Part shown: piece by piece, positions 1 through 9,000 of the stretch
Numbering within the stretch: the stretch's first letter is position 1
Layout: each line of letters starts with the position of its first letter
Program-made: the position numbers and the translations under genes
Notes under the pieces: model-generated
The model's input: the letters and a program-made list of their open reading frames with translations, nothing else
What the model was told of the DNA's origin: nothing
The model's database searches: none
NCBI GenBank assembly: GCA_903916195.1
Contig: CAIWVP010000034.1
Location: 3,575-67,574 of the forward strand
Length of the DNA: 64,000 bases
Reading direction: 5' to 3'
DNA from: an uncultured Verrucomicrobiota bacterium
GTDB lineage: Bacteria; Verrucomicrobiota; Verrucomicrobiia; Limisphaerales; UBA9464

Positions 1-906
1 AAGGCTTCGGGGGAGGCCAGGGCCGCGGCGCTCCGCCCCTGGGTGGCTGCCGACCACTTCAAAGCGATGGCGTCCAGCGATTCCGGCGCCGAAGGCCGGT
101 TCCGCGAACGCGCTTCGCGGCTCCTCCGCTACGCCGCCGCACAAACCCACGAGAGCCTCCGCCTCGAGGCCTCGAAGCTCGACGCGGAGCTGGATCCCAA
201 CCATGCCACCGGCCCGCTCACCGAGAAGCTCAGGTCCGGTTCGCTCACCGAGCAGCAGTCCGCCTTCACCTCGCTCGGCGACCTCAAGTCCGACGCGGCG
301 GACGCCGTCCTCGCTGAATGGCTCGACAAGCTCATGAAGCGCGAGGTCGCCAACGAGGTGATGCTCGACCTCGTCGAGGCCGCCGCCAAACGCAGCGCCG
401 TCGCGGTGAAGTCGCGTCTCGAGGCCTACGCCAAGTGGAAGCTGCCGCAGGACCATCTCACGCCTTATCGTGAGACGTTGTCGGGTGGGGACGCGGCGCG
501 CGGCAAAAAGATCTTCTACGAGAACGTCGCCGCGGCCTGCACCCGCTGCCATCACCTCGGCACCGACGGCGGCGGCAACGCCGGGCCGGTGCTCGACGGC
601 ATCGCGTCGCGCCAGACCCGCGAGTATCTTCTGGAGAGCATCGTGTCCCCGAACCAGCAGATCGTGCAGGGCTTCGAGAGCGCGACGCTGACGCTGAAAA
701 ACGGCGCGAACCACGCCGGCGTCGTGAAATCCGAGACGGACTCCGAGGTCACCCTCCTCTCGCCCGAGGACGGCGACGTGAAGGTCAAGAAGTCGGACAT
801 CGCCACGCGCGAAAAGGGCCTGAGCGGGATGCCCGAGGGCCTCGTCCAACTGCTCACGCGCCAGGAGTTGCGCGATTTGGTCGAGTTCCTCGGGACGCTT
901 AAATGA
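1..906 (+). CDS. C-terminal part of a PVC-type heme c (CxxCH) protein, 5' end outside window
   Basis: Open frame from base 1; helical HEAT-like segment then GDAARGKKIF...CTRCH heme motif, GPVLDGI, LLESIVSPN and C-terminal SGMPEGL...DLVEFL. Confidence 0.8.
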   Translation, partial: KASGEARAAALRPWVAADHFKAMASSDSGAEGRFRERASRLLRYAAAQTHESLRLEASKLDAELDPNHATGPLTEKLRSGSLTEQQSAFTSLGDLKSDAADAVLAEWLDKLMKREVANEVMLDLVEAAAKRSAVAVKSRLEAYAKWKLPQDHLTPYRETLSGGDAARGKKIFYENVAAACTRCHHLGTDGGGNAGPVLDGIASRQTREYLLESIVSPNQQIVQGFESATLTLKNGANHAGVVKSETDSEVTLLSPEDGDVKVKKSDIATREKGLSGMPEGLVQLLTRQELRDLVEFLGTLK

Positions 907-1000
907 GCCGACGGGCCCTATCATCGCGGGCCAGCCGTCCAAGTCGGCGGTTGAACAACCTCGGGGTTCGTGTAGTCCTCAAGTCAGCACGATCATCTGC

Positions 1001-1291
1001 ATGAAACCTCGCCTGATCCTCACTTCCTTCGCAGCAGCGCTCTTGGTCCTGACCGGTTGCGACAAGTCGGACAGCACCGCGCCGTCGGCCTCTGCCGTCC
1101 CGGCGACCGCCGCAGGCGTGAAGCCTTATCCGCTGACCGTCTGCCCGGTCTCCGACGAGAAACTCGGCTCGATGGGCGATCCCGTGGTGTTCGTCCACGC
1201 CGGCCAAGAGATCAAGCTCTGCTGCAAGAACTGCCGCAAGGACTTCGACGCCTCCCCCGCCAAGTACATAGCGAAGCTGACGGCGAAATGA
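1001..1291 (+). CDS. Small lipoprotein with YHS/TRASH-like Cys motif (paralog 1)
   Basis: Signal peptide with lipobox LTGC; PYPLTVCPVSDEKL...GQEIKLCCKNC. Confidence 0.8.
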   Translation: MKPRLILTSFAAALLVLTGCDKSDSTAPSASAVPATAAGVKPYPLTVCPVSDEKLGSMGDPVVFVHAGQEIKLCCKNCRKDFDASPAKYIAKLTAK

Positions 1292-1320
1292 TCTTCCCCG
1301 AGCCACACCCTGCACCGTCC

Positions 1321-1572
1321 ATGAAGAACGTCTTCTTGCCCCTCGCCGTCGTGGCCTTGTTAGCCGGTTGCGCCAGCTACAGCGACAAGCCTTCGGCGTC
1401 CGCCAAGCCATATCCGCTCAACACCTGCATCGTCTCGGGCGACAAGTTCGACCATGGCAATCCGGTCGTGCGGATCGTGAACGGTCAGGAAGTGAAGCTC
1501 TGCTGCAAGGATTGCTTGAAAGACTTCGACAAGGATCCGGTGAAATATTTGACGAAGCTCGACGCGAAGTGA
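1321..1572 (+). CDS. Small lipoprotein with YHS/TRASH-like Cys motif (paralog 2)
   Basis: ATG at 1321, lipobox LAGC; PYPLNTCIVSGDKF...GQEVKLCCKDC. Confidence 0.8.
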   Translation: MKNVFLPLAVVALLAGCASYSDKPSASAKPYPLNTCIVSGDKFDHGNPVVRIVNGQEVKLCCKDCLKDFDKDPVKYLTKLDAK

Positions 1573-1599
1573 CCTTTTGGATGTCCGCCCGCTGATCCT

Positions 1600-1968
1600 A
1601 TGAAACGAACCTGCGCCCTCCTGATGAGCTTCGTGCTCCTTGTGGCGCTGTTCTATCCCGGTGTCGCCCGTTGCGCGGCGGGCGTCGACCGTTCCGCCGT
1701 GGCCGCCAAGCATGGCTGCTGCGCTCCATCCCAGTTCGCCTGCTCCGCTCCTTGCTGTGCGGATCGCTCCGCCGCTCCGCACGACCGCTCGACCCCGACG
1801 CCGGCCACCGACCACGGTCCCCGCGTCACTCCGCTCGCCTTGCTCGCCGCTCTCTGGACGCTCCCGGCGCCTGCCGCTCTTCCCGCGTCCTTCTCCGCGC
1901 CGTCCCCCGACGCGGTCCCGGCACCGGTTCTCCCGCTTTTCTTGCGGGATGCCGCGCTGCTGATCTGA
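1600..1968 (+). CDS. Exported Cys-rich/Pro-rich small protein preceding the efflux genes (possible DUF2946/CruR-like leader)
   Basis: Hydrophobic N-terminus, HGCC and CSAPCC motifs, Pro/Ala-rich linker, C-terminal PVLPLFLRDAALLI. Confidence 0.6.
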   Translation: MKRTCALLMSFVLLVALFYPGVARCAAGVDRSAVAAKHGCCAPSQFACSAPCCADRSAAPHDRSTPTPATDHGPRVTPLALLAALWTLPAPAALPASFSAPSPDAVPAPVLPLFLRDAALLI

Positions 1969-2085
1969 CCCGACCCTGCTCCGCGCACCCGGTGTGCCCA
2001 TCGATGGCGCCCGTGTGCCTCGCTGTCGTCGCCCGTCGTCCAGGTCCTTGTCCGGTCGTCCGTCTTTCACCTCCTTTCCCGTCCC

Positions 2086-3444
2086 ATGAGAACGCGTGTC
2101 TCGTCCGCGTCGGCTGGCTTGCTCGCCGCCCTCCTGTGCGTCGCCGTGTCGGCCGATGCACCGGCGGCCTCCCATCATGCCGTGCCGTCCGAGGGCGCCG
2201 CCGTGGTCGGTCCGGCCTTGCTGGACCGCTACGCGGAAGCGCTGCGGGCACATCATCCGGCGGTGGCCGCTGTGGCGGCGCGGACCGAAGCGGCCGAGCT
2301 CGCCCTCGCCGGCACACGTCGGTTCGCGGACCCGACCTTCCGCTTGGGTGGCGGCCTGTTCGACGAACGGAACATGTCGGCCCGAGAAGAGGGCAACCTG
2401 GGCTACGGCATGGAGCAGAAGCTGCCCTTGCTCGGGAAGGAGCAGGCGGCCCGGTCGTCCGCGCGGGCCGAAGCGGAGGCCGCCGCGACCCGCGCCGAGG
2501 TGCGGTTCCAGGGCCTCCGCCGATCGCTCGCCCGGGCCCTGCACGCCGCGGCGCTCGCGGAGGAGACCGTCCGGCTCGGCCGCGAGGACCTGGCCTGGCT
2601 GGACACGACGGTGACCGCGGCCGAGGCCCGATATGCCGGCGGGACGGCCTCGCAGTTCGAGTTGCTCCGCGTCCAGAACGAGCGCTCGAAACGGGCGAAC
2701 CAGCTCGCCAACGACGAGCGCCGGCGCGACGCGGCCCGGGCGTTGGTGAACCACGCGCTGGGACGCGACCCTCTCGTGCCGTTGCCGGACCTCGTGCTGC
2801 CGCCGGTCGCCGGCGAGTTGGTCGGGTCGGACGCGTTGGTCGAGCGCGCCGTGCGCAACGCGCCGGACCTGCGCGTGCTCGCCCGCGAACGCCGCGTCGC
2901 CGAGGCGTCGGTCGAGGTCGCCCGGCGTTCGCAGCGGCCGGACATCGCGCTCGGCGTGGAAGGACGGCAGTTCGCCGGCGACGGCGGGTTCCGCAACGGC
3001 ACCTTCACCGTCAGCTTGAGCCTTCCTTGGTTCAACCGCGCCAACTACCGCCGTGATCTCGACCGGGAACGCGCGAAGCTCCGCGCCGCCGAAGCGGACC
3101 ACGCCGATGCCGCGGTGTCGGTGCGCAACGAGGTCCATCATCTCCTGGTCGAGACCGAGACGGCGCGCCGCGAGGCCCTTCTCTATCGCGACGACGTGGC
3201 GCCGCGGTCCGGCCAGGCGCTGGCCGCCGCGCACGCCGCCTGGTCCGGCGGCAAGGGCATGATGAACGACGTGCTCGAGGCCCGCCGCATGCGGGTCGAG
3301 GCGAAGCTCATGCTCGCCCGCGCGGTCGCGGCACAGCAGGACATGCTGAGCGACCTGTCCTTCGTCTGCGGCGTGGCCGACATCACCGCGCCCGATGTCG
3401 CACCCCTTTCCGCCGGTCCAGCAGCGATGCCCGCCCAACCTTGA
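2086..3444 (+). CDS. cusC: TolC-family outer membrane efflux protein (CusC/CzcC-like)
   Basis: Signal peptide, two OEP repeats (EQKLPLLGK; SLSLPWFNR), directly upstream of adaptor and RND genes. Confidence 0.85.
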   Translation: MRTRVSSASAGLLAALLCVAVSADAPAASHHAVPSEGAAVVGPALLDRYAEALRAHHPAVAAVAARTEAAELALAGTRRFADPTFRLGGGLFDERNMSAREEGNLGYGMEQKLPLLGKEQAARSSARAEAEAAATRAEVRFQGLRRSLARALHAAALAEETVRLGREDLAWLDTTVTAAEARYAGGTASQFELLRVQNERSKRANQLANDERRRDAARALVNHALGRDPLVPLPDLVLPPVAGELVGSDALVERAVRNAPDLRVLARERRVAEASVEVARRSQRPDIALGVEGRQFAGDGGFRNGTFTVSLSLPWFNRANYRRDLDRERAKLRAAEADHADAAVSVRNEVHHLLVETETARREALLYRDDVAPRSGQALAAAHAAWSGGKGMMNDVLEARRMRVEAKLMLARAVAAQQDMLSDLSFVCGVADITAPDVAPLSAGPAAMPAQP

Positions 3445-3448
3445 TCCT

Positions 3449-5233
3449 ATGAAGCTCCTCCTTCCCATCGTGGCCGCCGCCGTCGTGGCCGGCGCCATCG
3501 GTTGGTTCGCGCGCCCGCATCTGTCGCCGGGGGGCGGGCGTCCCGTCGCCGGACCCTCCGACGACGCTCCGGGCACCCGCCGGATCCTCTACTACCAATC
3601 GCCGATGCATCCATGGGTCCGCTCCGACCAGCCGGGCAGATGCACGGTGTGCGGCATGGACCTCGTGCCGGTCCGCGAAGGCGAGGCGCCCGCCGTCGAC
3701 GGACTGGTCACGCTCGGATCGAACGCCGTCACGGTCGTGGGCGTGCAGACCGAGGCGGTCCGCCGCCAACCGCTCGTGCGGACGCTCCGCTTCGCCGGCA
3801 CGATCGACGACGACGACTCGCGGCACCGCATCCTCGGCGCCTACCTCGACGGCCGCATCGAGGAGCTCTTCGTGAACAACGAGGGCGCGGAGATCGTCGC
3901 CGGCCAGCGCCTCGCGCGCTTCTACAGCCCGATGCTCCTGACCGCGGTGCGCGAATACGTGGCGCTCCGCAAGGACGCCTCGGCGGCGGGCGGTCCGCTG
4001 CTGCTCTCCGGCGCGGCGACCCGACTGCGGCAGCTGGGCCTGACCGACGCGCAGGTCCTGTCGTTGCCGACGACGTTCCGCGAGACCGACCTCGCGGTGG
4101 ACATCTTGGCGCCGATGAGCGGCACGGTGGTGAAACGCACCGTGTACGCCGGACAGCACGTGAAGGAAGGCGAACCATTGTTCGAGCTCGGGGACTTCAC
4201 GACGATGTGGTTCAAGTTCGACGCCTACGAACGCGACCTCGCGTGGCTCAGGCCGGGCCAAGCGGTCGAGATCACCACGGCGGCCCTGCCCGGACGCGTC
4301 TTCACCAACGCGGTGGCGTTCATCGATCCGAACGTCGACGCGGTGACCCGTAGCGCGAAGGTCCGCGTCGAGATCCCCAACCCGTCCTCGACGGTCGAGG
4401 GCCGCGCGGAACGGCTCTTCCGCCACCGCCTCTTCGCCGATGCGCGGGTACGGACGGTCGCGCCCGATGCGCTGTGCCTTCCGCGCACCGCCGTGCTCTC
4501 GACCGGCGGCGCGCCCGTCGCCTACGTCGAACGTGCGCCGGGTCACTATGAGGCACGTGCGCTGCGCCTCGGCCGCATCGGCGACGAGGTGGTCGAGGTG
4601 ACCGCCGGTCTGGCCGAAGGCGAACGCGTGGTGACGCAGGGCAACCTGCTCCTCGATTCGCAGAGCCAGATCGCCGGCGTACCGCGTCCAGAAGATCCCG
4701 CGGGCGATGACGCCGGCCCGGTCGCGTCGCCGCAGGCCAAGCCCGCCCCGGCCGCTCCGGTCGGCGGTCCGAGCGGCGGCGTGATCGCTCCCGGGGCGCA
4801 ACGCGCGGTGCGTGACTTTCTCAAGGCCGCGGACGCGGTGCGCGAGGCGTTGGCGGCGGACGACCTGACGCGCTTCAACGTCGCCGCGGCGGCGTTGCAT
4901 CCGGTCGTCGGTGCGCTGCCGGACATCGGCGCGCTCCCCGCGTTGGCCCGCGCCGGGAAGGCCGCGCATCTGCCGGAGGCCAAGGACCTCCCGTCGGCGC
5001 GGAAGTCGTTCTATCCGCTCAGCACGGATCTGGTGGAGGTCGTCCGCGGCCTCCGAGGGATGCCGGATATCGCCGCGGCATCCGCCGACGTGACCCTCTA
5101 CCAGTGCCCGATGGTGAAGCGCGCCTTCCCCGGGGCGCCGAAGACCGCCTCGTGGATCCAGCTCGGCGGGCCGGTGCGCAACCCGTGGTTCGGCGCCGAC
5201 ATGATCGATTGCGGCACCGAGCTAGGACGATGA
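3449..5233 (+). CDS. cusB: Heavy-metal efflux periplasmic adaptor (CusB-like) with N-terminal metal-binding motif and C-terminal DUF3347-like domain
   Basis: YYQSPMHP...CTVCGMDLVP, YSPMLL, biotinyl-lipoyl/beta-barrel MFP core, tail YQCPM...WIQ...VRNPWFGADMIDCG; start moved to ATG 3449. Confidence 0.88.
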   Translation: MKLLLPIVAAAVVAGAIGWFARPHLSPGGGRPVAGPSDDAPGTRRILYYQSPMHPWVRSDQPGRCTVCGMDLVPVREGEAPAVDGLVTLGSNAVTVVGVQTEAVRRQPLVRTLRFAGTIDDDDSRHRILGAYLDGRIEELFVNNEGAEIVAGQRLARFYSPMLLTAVREYVALRKDASAAGGPLLLSGAATRLRQLGLTDAQVLSLPTTFRETDLAVDILAPMSGTVVKRTVYAGQHVKEGEPLFELGDFTTMWFKFDAYERDLAWLRPGQAVEITTAALPGRVFTNAVAFIDPNVDAVTRSAKVRVEIPNPSSTVEGRAERLFRHRLFADARVRTVAPDALCLPRTAVLSTGGAPVAYVERAPGHYEARALRLGRIGDEVVEVTAGLAEGERVVTQGNLLLDSQSQIAGVPRPEDPAGDDAGPVASPQAKPAPAAPVGGPSGGVIAPGAQRAVRDFLKAADAVREALAADDLTRFNVAAAALHPVVGALPDIGALPALARAGKAAHLPEAKDLPSARKSFYPLSTDLVEVVRGLRGMPDIAAASADVTLYQCPMVKRAFPGAPKTASWIQLGGPVRNPWFGADMIDCGTELGR

Positions 5234-5301
5234 CCCCTATTTCCCGTGGCGGTGCGTGGGACGCCGCGGGCTCCAAACCAATCCACGCGAGGAGAAACAA
5301 G

Positions 5302-5616
5302 ATGAAACTGCACCACACGTTGATCGCCGCCGCCGTCCTGTTGGGCTCGGTCGCGATGTCCACCACCGGCTGCAAATCCGGCGCCTGCTGCGACATGAAA
5401 TCGAAGGGCGCCAAGTCCGCGTCGGTGAAGCCGTATCCGCTCAAGACCTGCATCGTGTCCGGCGAGAAGCTGGGCGAGATGGGCGAGCCCGTCGTGTTCG
5501 TCCACGAAGGACAGGAGATCAAGCTCTGCTGCAAGAACTGCCGGAAGGACTTCGACAAGGAGCCCGCCAAGTATCTGAGCAAGCTGGCCGACGCCGCGCC
5601 CGCCGCGCACCACTGA
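5302..5616 (+). CDS. Small lipoprotein with YHS/TRASH-like Cys motif (paralog 3)
   Basis: GAGGAG RBS, ATG 5302, TTGC lipobox-like, extra GACC, PYPLKTCIVSGEKL...GQEIKLCCKNC, ends HH. Confidence 0.82.
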   Translation: MKLHHTLIAAAVLLGSVAMSTTGCKSGACCDMKSKGAKSASVKPYPLKTCIVSGEKLGEMGEPVVFVHEGQEIKLCCKNCRKDFDKEPAKYLSKLADAAPAAHH

Positions 5617-5630
5617 AGCGCCGACCATCG

Positions 5631-5659
5631 GGCGGGAACGGCCGAAGTCCGTTCCCGCC
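5631..5659 (+). other. Perfect 11-bp stem-loop between lipoprotein gene and cusA
   Basis: GGCGGGAACGG-ccgaagt-CCGTTCCCGCC, no U-tract. Confidence 0.6.
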
Positions 5660-5715
5660 TGCACTTCCATCCGCACCGCACCGCCCTTTCGTCCGTCCAC
5701 AGCAACGCGTCCGCC

Positions 5716-8700
5716 ATGATCACCCACCTCATCGATTGGTCGTTGAAGAACCGCTTCCTCGTGATCTGCGCCGCGCTGCTCTTGGCCGCGTGGGGCGTGA
5801 AGGCGCTGCGCGCGACGCCGGTGGACGCCATCCCGGACCTCTCGGAGAACCAGGTGCTCGTGTACGGCGATTGGCCGGGCCGTTCGCCGCGGGAGGTCGA
5901 GGACCAGGTGACGTATCCGCTGAGCGTGAACCTCCAGGGGCTCTCCGGCGTGAAGGCGGTCCGCGCGAATTCGATGTTCGGGTTCTCGCTGGTGACCGTC
6001 GTGTTCGAGGACCGCGTGCCCGGCGATCTCGCCCGGCAACGCGTCAGCCAGCGCCTCGGCCTCGTCGGTTCTCAGCTGCCGGCCGGCGTCACCCCGCAGC
6101 TCGGCCCCGACGCGACCGGCCTCGGCTGGGTGTACCAGTACCACCTCCACGTGGATCCGGACGCGCCGGGCGGCCACGACCTCGGCGAGCTCCGCGCGGT
6201 GCAGGATTTCTTCCTGCGCTACCAGCTCCAGAGCGTTCCCGGCGTCGCCGAGGTCGCGAGCATCGGCGGGTTCGTGCGGCAATACCAGATCGAGGTGGAC
6301 CCGGCGAAGCTGCGCCAGGCCGGGGCCACGTTGGCGCAGGTGATGGACGCCGTGGGCTCCAACAACCTGAACGTCGGCGGGAAGGTGATCGAGGAGAACG
6401 GCATGGAGTTCGTGGTCCGCGGCGTCGGCCTGGTGAAGTCCGTCGCCGACCTCGAGCAGATCGCGGTCGCGACCAAGGACGGCACGCCGGTCTATCTGCG
6501 CGATGTCGCGACCATCGGCCTGGGCGGCGATTTCCGCCGCGGTGCGCTCGACGTCGACGGGCGCGAGGTCGTCGGGGGCATCGTGGTGATTCGCACCGGC
6601 GACAACGCGATGGAGGTGATCCAACGCGTGAAGGCGAAGCTCGCGGAGATCGCGCCGAGCTTGCCCGCGGGCGTCACCGTCCTGCCCTTCTACGACCGCA
6701 GCGACCTCATCGCGCGGACGATCGAGACACTGAAGCACGCGCTGGTCGAGGAGATGGTGCTCGTGACATTGGCGCACATCGTCTTCCTGTTCCATTTCCG
6801 CAGCATCCTCATCGTCACCATCCCGCTGCCGCTGAGCATCCTCGTGTCGTTCGTGCTGATGCAACGGTTCGGCATCTCCTCGAACATCATGTCGCTCGCG
6901 GGCATCGCCATCGCCATCGGCGTGCTCGTCGACGCCGGGATCGTGATGACCGAGAACGTCATCCGCCACTGCGAGGAGGCGGAGGCCAGGAAGAAGGCGG
7001 CCGGCGGGTCGGCGGACGCCGACCCTTCGCTCACGCCGGCCGAGCGCCTCCAGGTCACGCTGGAGGCGGCGACGCAGGTCGGGCGTCCGATCTTCTTCGC
7101 GATGGCCATCATCATCCTCGCGTTCGTGCCGGTGTTCGCGATGGGCGGCCAGGAGGGCAAGCTGTTCCATCCGCTCGCGTTCACCAAGACCTTCGCATGC
7201 GTCGGAGCGACGCTGCTCGCGGTGACGCTCGTGCCGGTGCTCTGCTCGCTGCTGGTCAAAGGACCGTTCCATCGCGAGGAGGACAACTGGGTGATGAAGC
7301 TGCTGCTGCGCGTGTACGACCCGGCGCTCGACTGGTCGCTCGCGCATCGCAAGAGCGTGCTCGGGCTCGCGGCGCTGGTGCTGCTCGTGTCGCAAGTGGT
7401 CGCGTGGGGATTGCCCCGGCCGGTGCTCGACCGCATCGCGGCATGGAGCCCGTCGGCCGCTGCGCGGCTCGGAGGTTTCGGCCGCGAGTTCATGCCGGCG
7501 CTGAACGAAGGCTCGCTGCTGTTCATGCCGGTGCTGCTCCCTCAGGTCTCGCTCACCGAGGTGAAGCGCATCATGTCCTGGCAAGACCGCGTGATCTCCC
7601 GGACGCCCGAGGTCGCCAGCGTCGCGGGCAAGCTCGGCCGCAGCGAGACGGCCACCGATCCCGCGCCGGTGGAGATGATCGAGACGACCATCATGCTCAG
7701 GCCCGAATCCGCGTGGCGCCCCGGCATGACGCGCCAGAAGATCGTCGCCGAGCTGACGGAGAAGCTCACCGCCGTCCCGGGCTACGTGCCCGGCTTCCTC
7801 CAGCCGATCGAGAACCGCGTGCTGATGATCTCGACCGGGATCCGCGCGCAGGTCGGCGTGAAGCTGCTGGGAGAAGACCTCGACCAACTGCAGCAGCTCG
7901 CCTTCGACGTCGAGAAGGTGGTGCGCGAAGTGCCGGGCGCCGTCGGCGTCGCGCCGAGCCGGGTGCAGGGCAAGCCGTATCTCGACATCGAGGTCGACCG
8001 TCCCGCGATGGCCCGCCTCGGCCTCTCCGCGAAGGACGTGCTCGACGTCGTCGAGACCGGGCTCGGCGGCAAGAACGTCGGCACCACCATCGAAGGACGC
8101 CAGCGGTTCCCCATCCAGGTGCGCTTCGACCGCGCGGCGCGCGACGACATCGAGAAGCTCGGCGAGGTGCTGGTGCCGCTGCCTTCCGGCCGGTCGATCC
8201 CGCTCGGCAGCGTCGCGAAGATCCGGCGCGTCGTCGGCCCGAGCGAGATCGCCAGCGAGAACGGCCGCCTCCGTGTGTTCGTGCAGGCCAACGTCCAGGG
8301 CCGCGACCTCGGCGGGTTCGTCGAGGACGTGAAGGCGCGCATGGCGAAGGACGTCGTCCCGCGCCTGCCGAAGGGCGTGACCGTAGAGTATTCCGGCCAA
8401 TACGAGCACCAGCTGCACGCGGAGCAGACGCTGCGGATGATCGTGCCCGTGGTGCTGCTCACCATCTTCCTGCTCCTCTACATCGTATACCGCAGCGCGA
8501 AGGAGGCGGCGCACGTGCTGCTCGCCGTGCCGTTCGCGCTGAGCGGATCGGTGTTCCTCCAATGGGCGCTCGGCTACGACTTCAGCGTCGCGGTCTGGAT
8601 CGGCTACATCTCGCTCTTTGGCATCGCCATCCAGACCGGCGTGGTGATGGTCGTTTATCTTGAGGAGGCCATGGCGAAGCGCCAGGAGGCCTGCCGGGCC

Positions 8701-9000
8701 CGGGGCGCACCGTTCACTCGCGCCGACCTGCTCGAAGCGATCAAGGCCGGCGCCCGGCTCCGGCTGCGTCCGAAGGTGATGACCGTGGCCACGACCATCG
8801 CGAGCCTGCTGCCGATCATGTGGAGCACGCGGGCGGGCGCCGAGGTGATGAAGCCGCTCGCGACACCGGTCATCGGCGGCAGCGTCAGCTCGCTCATCCA
8901 CATCCTCATCGTCACGCCGGTGATCGTGGCGTGGTTGCGCGAACGCGAGCTGGCGAAGGCGTCCGCGAAGGGGTCCGCCGGGTCCGTCACTTCCCGGTGA
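5716..9000 (+). CDS. cusA: Heavy-metal efflux RND permease, CusA/SilA type
   Basis: TPVDAIPDLSENQV, GPDATGLGWVY, AIAIGVLVDAG, EGKLFHPLAFTKTF, RLRPKVMT; Met triad equivalents LLFMP, EMIET, VLMIST. Confidence 0.95.
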   Translation: MITHLIDWSLKNRFLVICAALLLAAWGVKALRATPVDAIPDLSENQVLVYGDWPGRSPREVEDQVTYPLSVNLQGLSGVKAVRANSMFGFSLVTVVFEDRVPGDLARQRVSQRLGLVGSQLPAGVTPQLGPDATGLGWVYQYHLHVDPDAPGGHDLGELRAVQDFFLRYQLQSVPGVAEVASIGGFVRQYQIEVDPAKLRQAGATLAQVMDAVGSNNLNVGGKVIEENGMEFVVRGVGLVKSVADLEQIAVATKDGTPVYLRDVATIGLGGDFRRGALDVDGREVVGGIVVIRTGDNAMEVIQRVKAKLAEIAPSLPAGVTVLPFYDRSDLIARTIETLKHALVEEMVLVTLAHIVFLFHFRSILIVTIPLPLSILVSFVLMQRFGISSNIMSLAGIAIAIGVLVDAGIVMTENVIRHCEEAEARKKAAGGSADADPSLTPAERLQVTLEAATQVGRPIFFAMAIIILAFVPVFAMGGQEGKLFHPLAFTKTFACVGATLLAVTLVPVLCSLLVKGPFHREEDNWVMKLLLRVYDPALDWSLAHRKSVLGLAALVLLVSQVVAWGLPRPVLDRIAAWSPSAAARLGGFGREFMPALNEGSLLFMPVLLPQVSLTEVKRIMSWQDRVISRTPEVASVAGKLGRSETATDPAPVEMIETTIMLRPESAWRPGMTRQKIVAELTEKLTAVPGYVPGFLQPIENRVLMISTGIRAQVGVKLLGEDLDQLQQLAFDVEKVVREVPGAVGVAPSRVQGKPYLDIEVDRPAMARLGLSAKDVLDVVETGLGGKNVGTTIEGRQRFPIQVRFDRAARDDIEKLGEVLVPLPSGRSIPLGSVAKIRRVVGPSEIASENGRLRVFVQANVQGRDLGGFVEDVKARMAKDVVPRLPKGVTVEYSGQYEHQLHAEQTLRMIVPVVLLTIFLLLYIVYRSAKEAAHVLLAVPFALSGSVFLQWALGYDFSVAVWIGYISLFGIAIQTGVVMVVYLEEAMAKRQEACRARGAPFTRADLLEAIKAGARLRLRPKVMTVATTIASLLPIMWSTRAGAEVMKPLATPVIGGSVSSLIHILIVTPVIVAWLRERELAKASAKGSAGSVTSR

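Noticed and set aside
1-170. Odd-looking translation at the window start
   Set aside because: Frame is open but reads atypically; cannot separate divergence from low-quality sequence end, so no start codon or biology is claimed
2067-2077. TCACCTCCTTT (identical to the 16S anti-SD tail) just upstream of cusC
   Set aside because: No rRNA context; plausibly chance within a pyrimidine-rich spacer
1593-3453. Shared TGATCCTATGAA at the starts of the leader ORF and cusB
   Set aside because: Only 12 nt including the start codon; insufficient evidence for a regulatory motif
5098-8901. 1267-aa antisense ORF over cusA (likewise 10560-14381, 30070-32892, 41140-45159 and other long antisense or off-frame ORFs)
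   Set aside because: Shadow ORFs expected from high GC3 codon bias; they overlap well-supported genes and show no motifs
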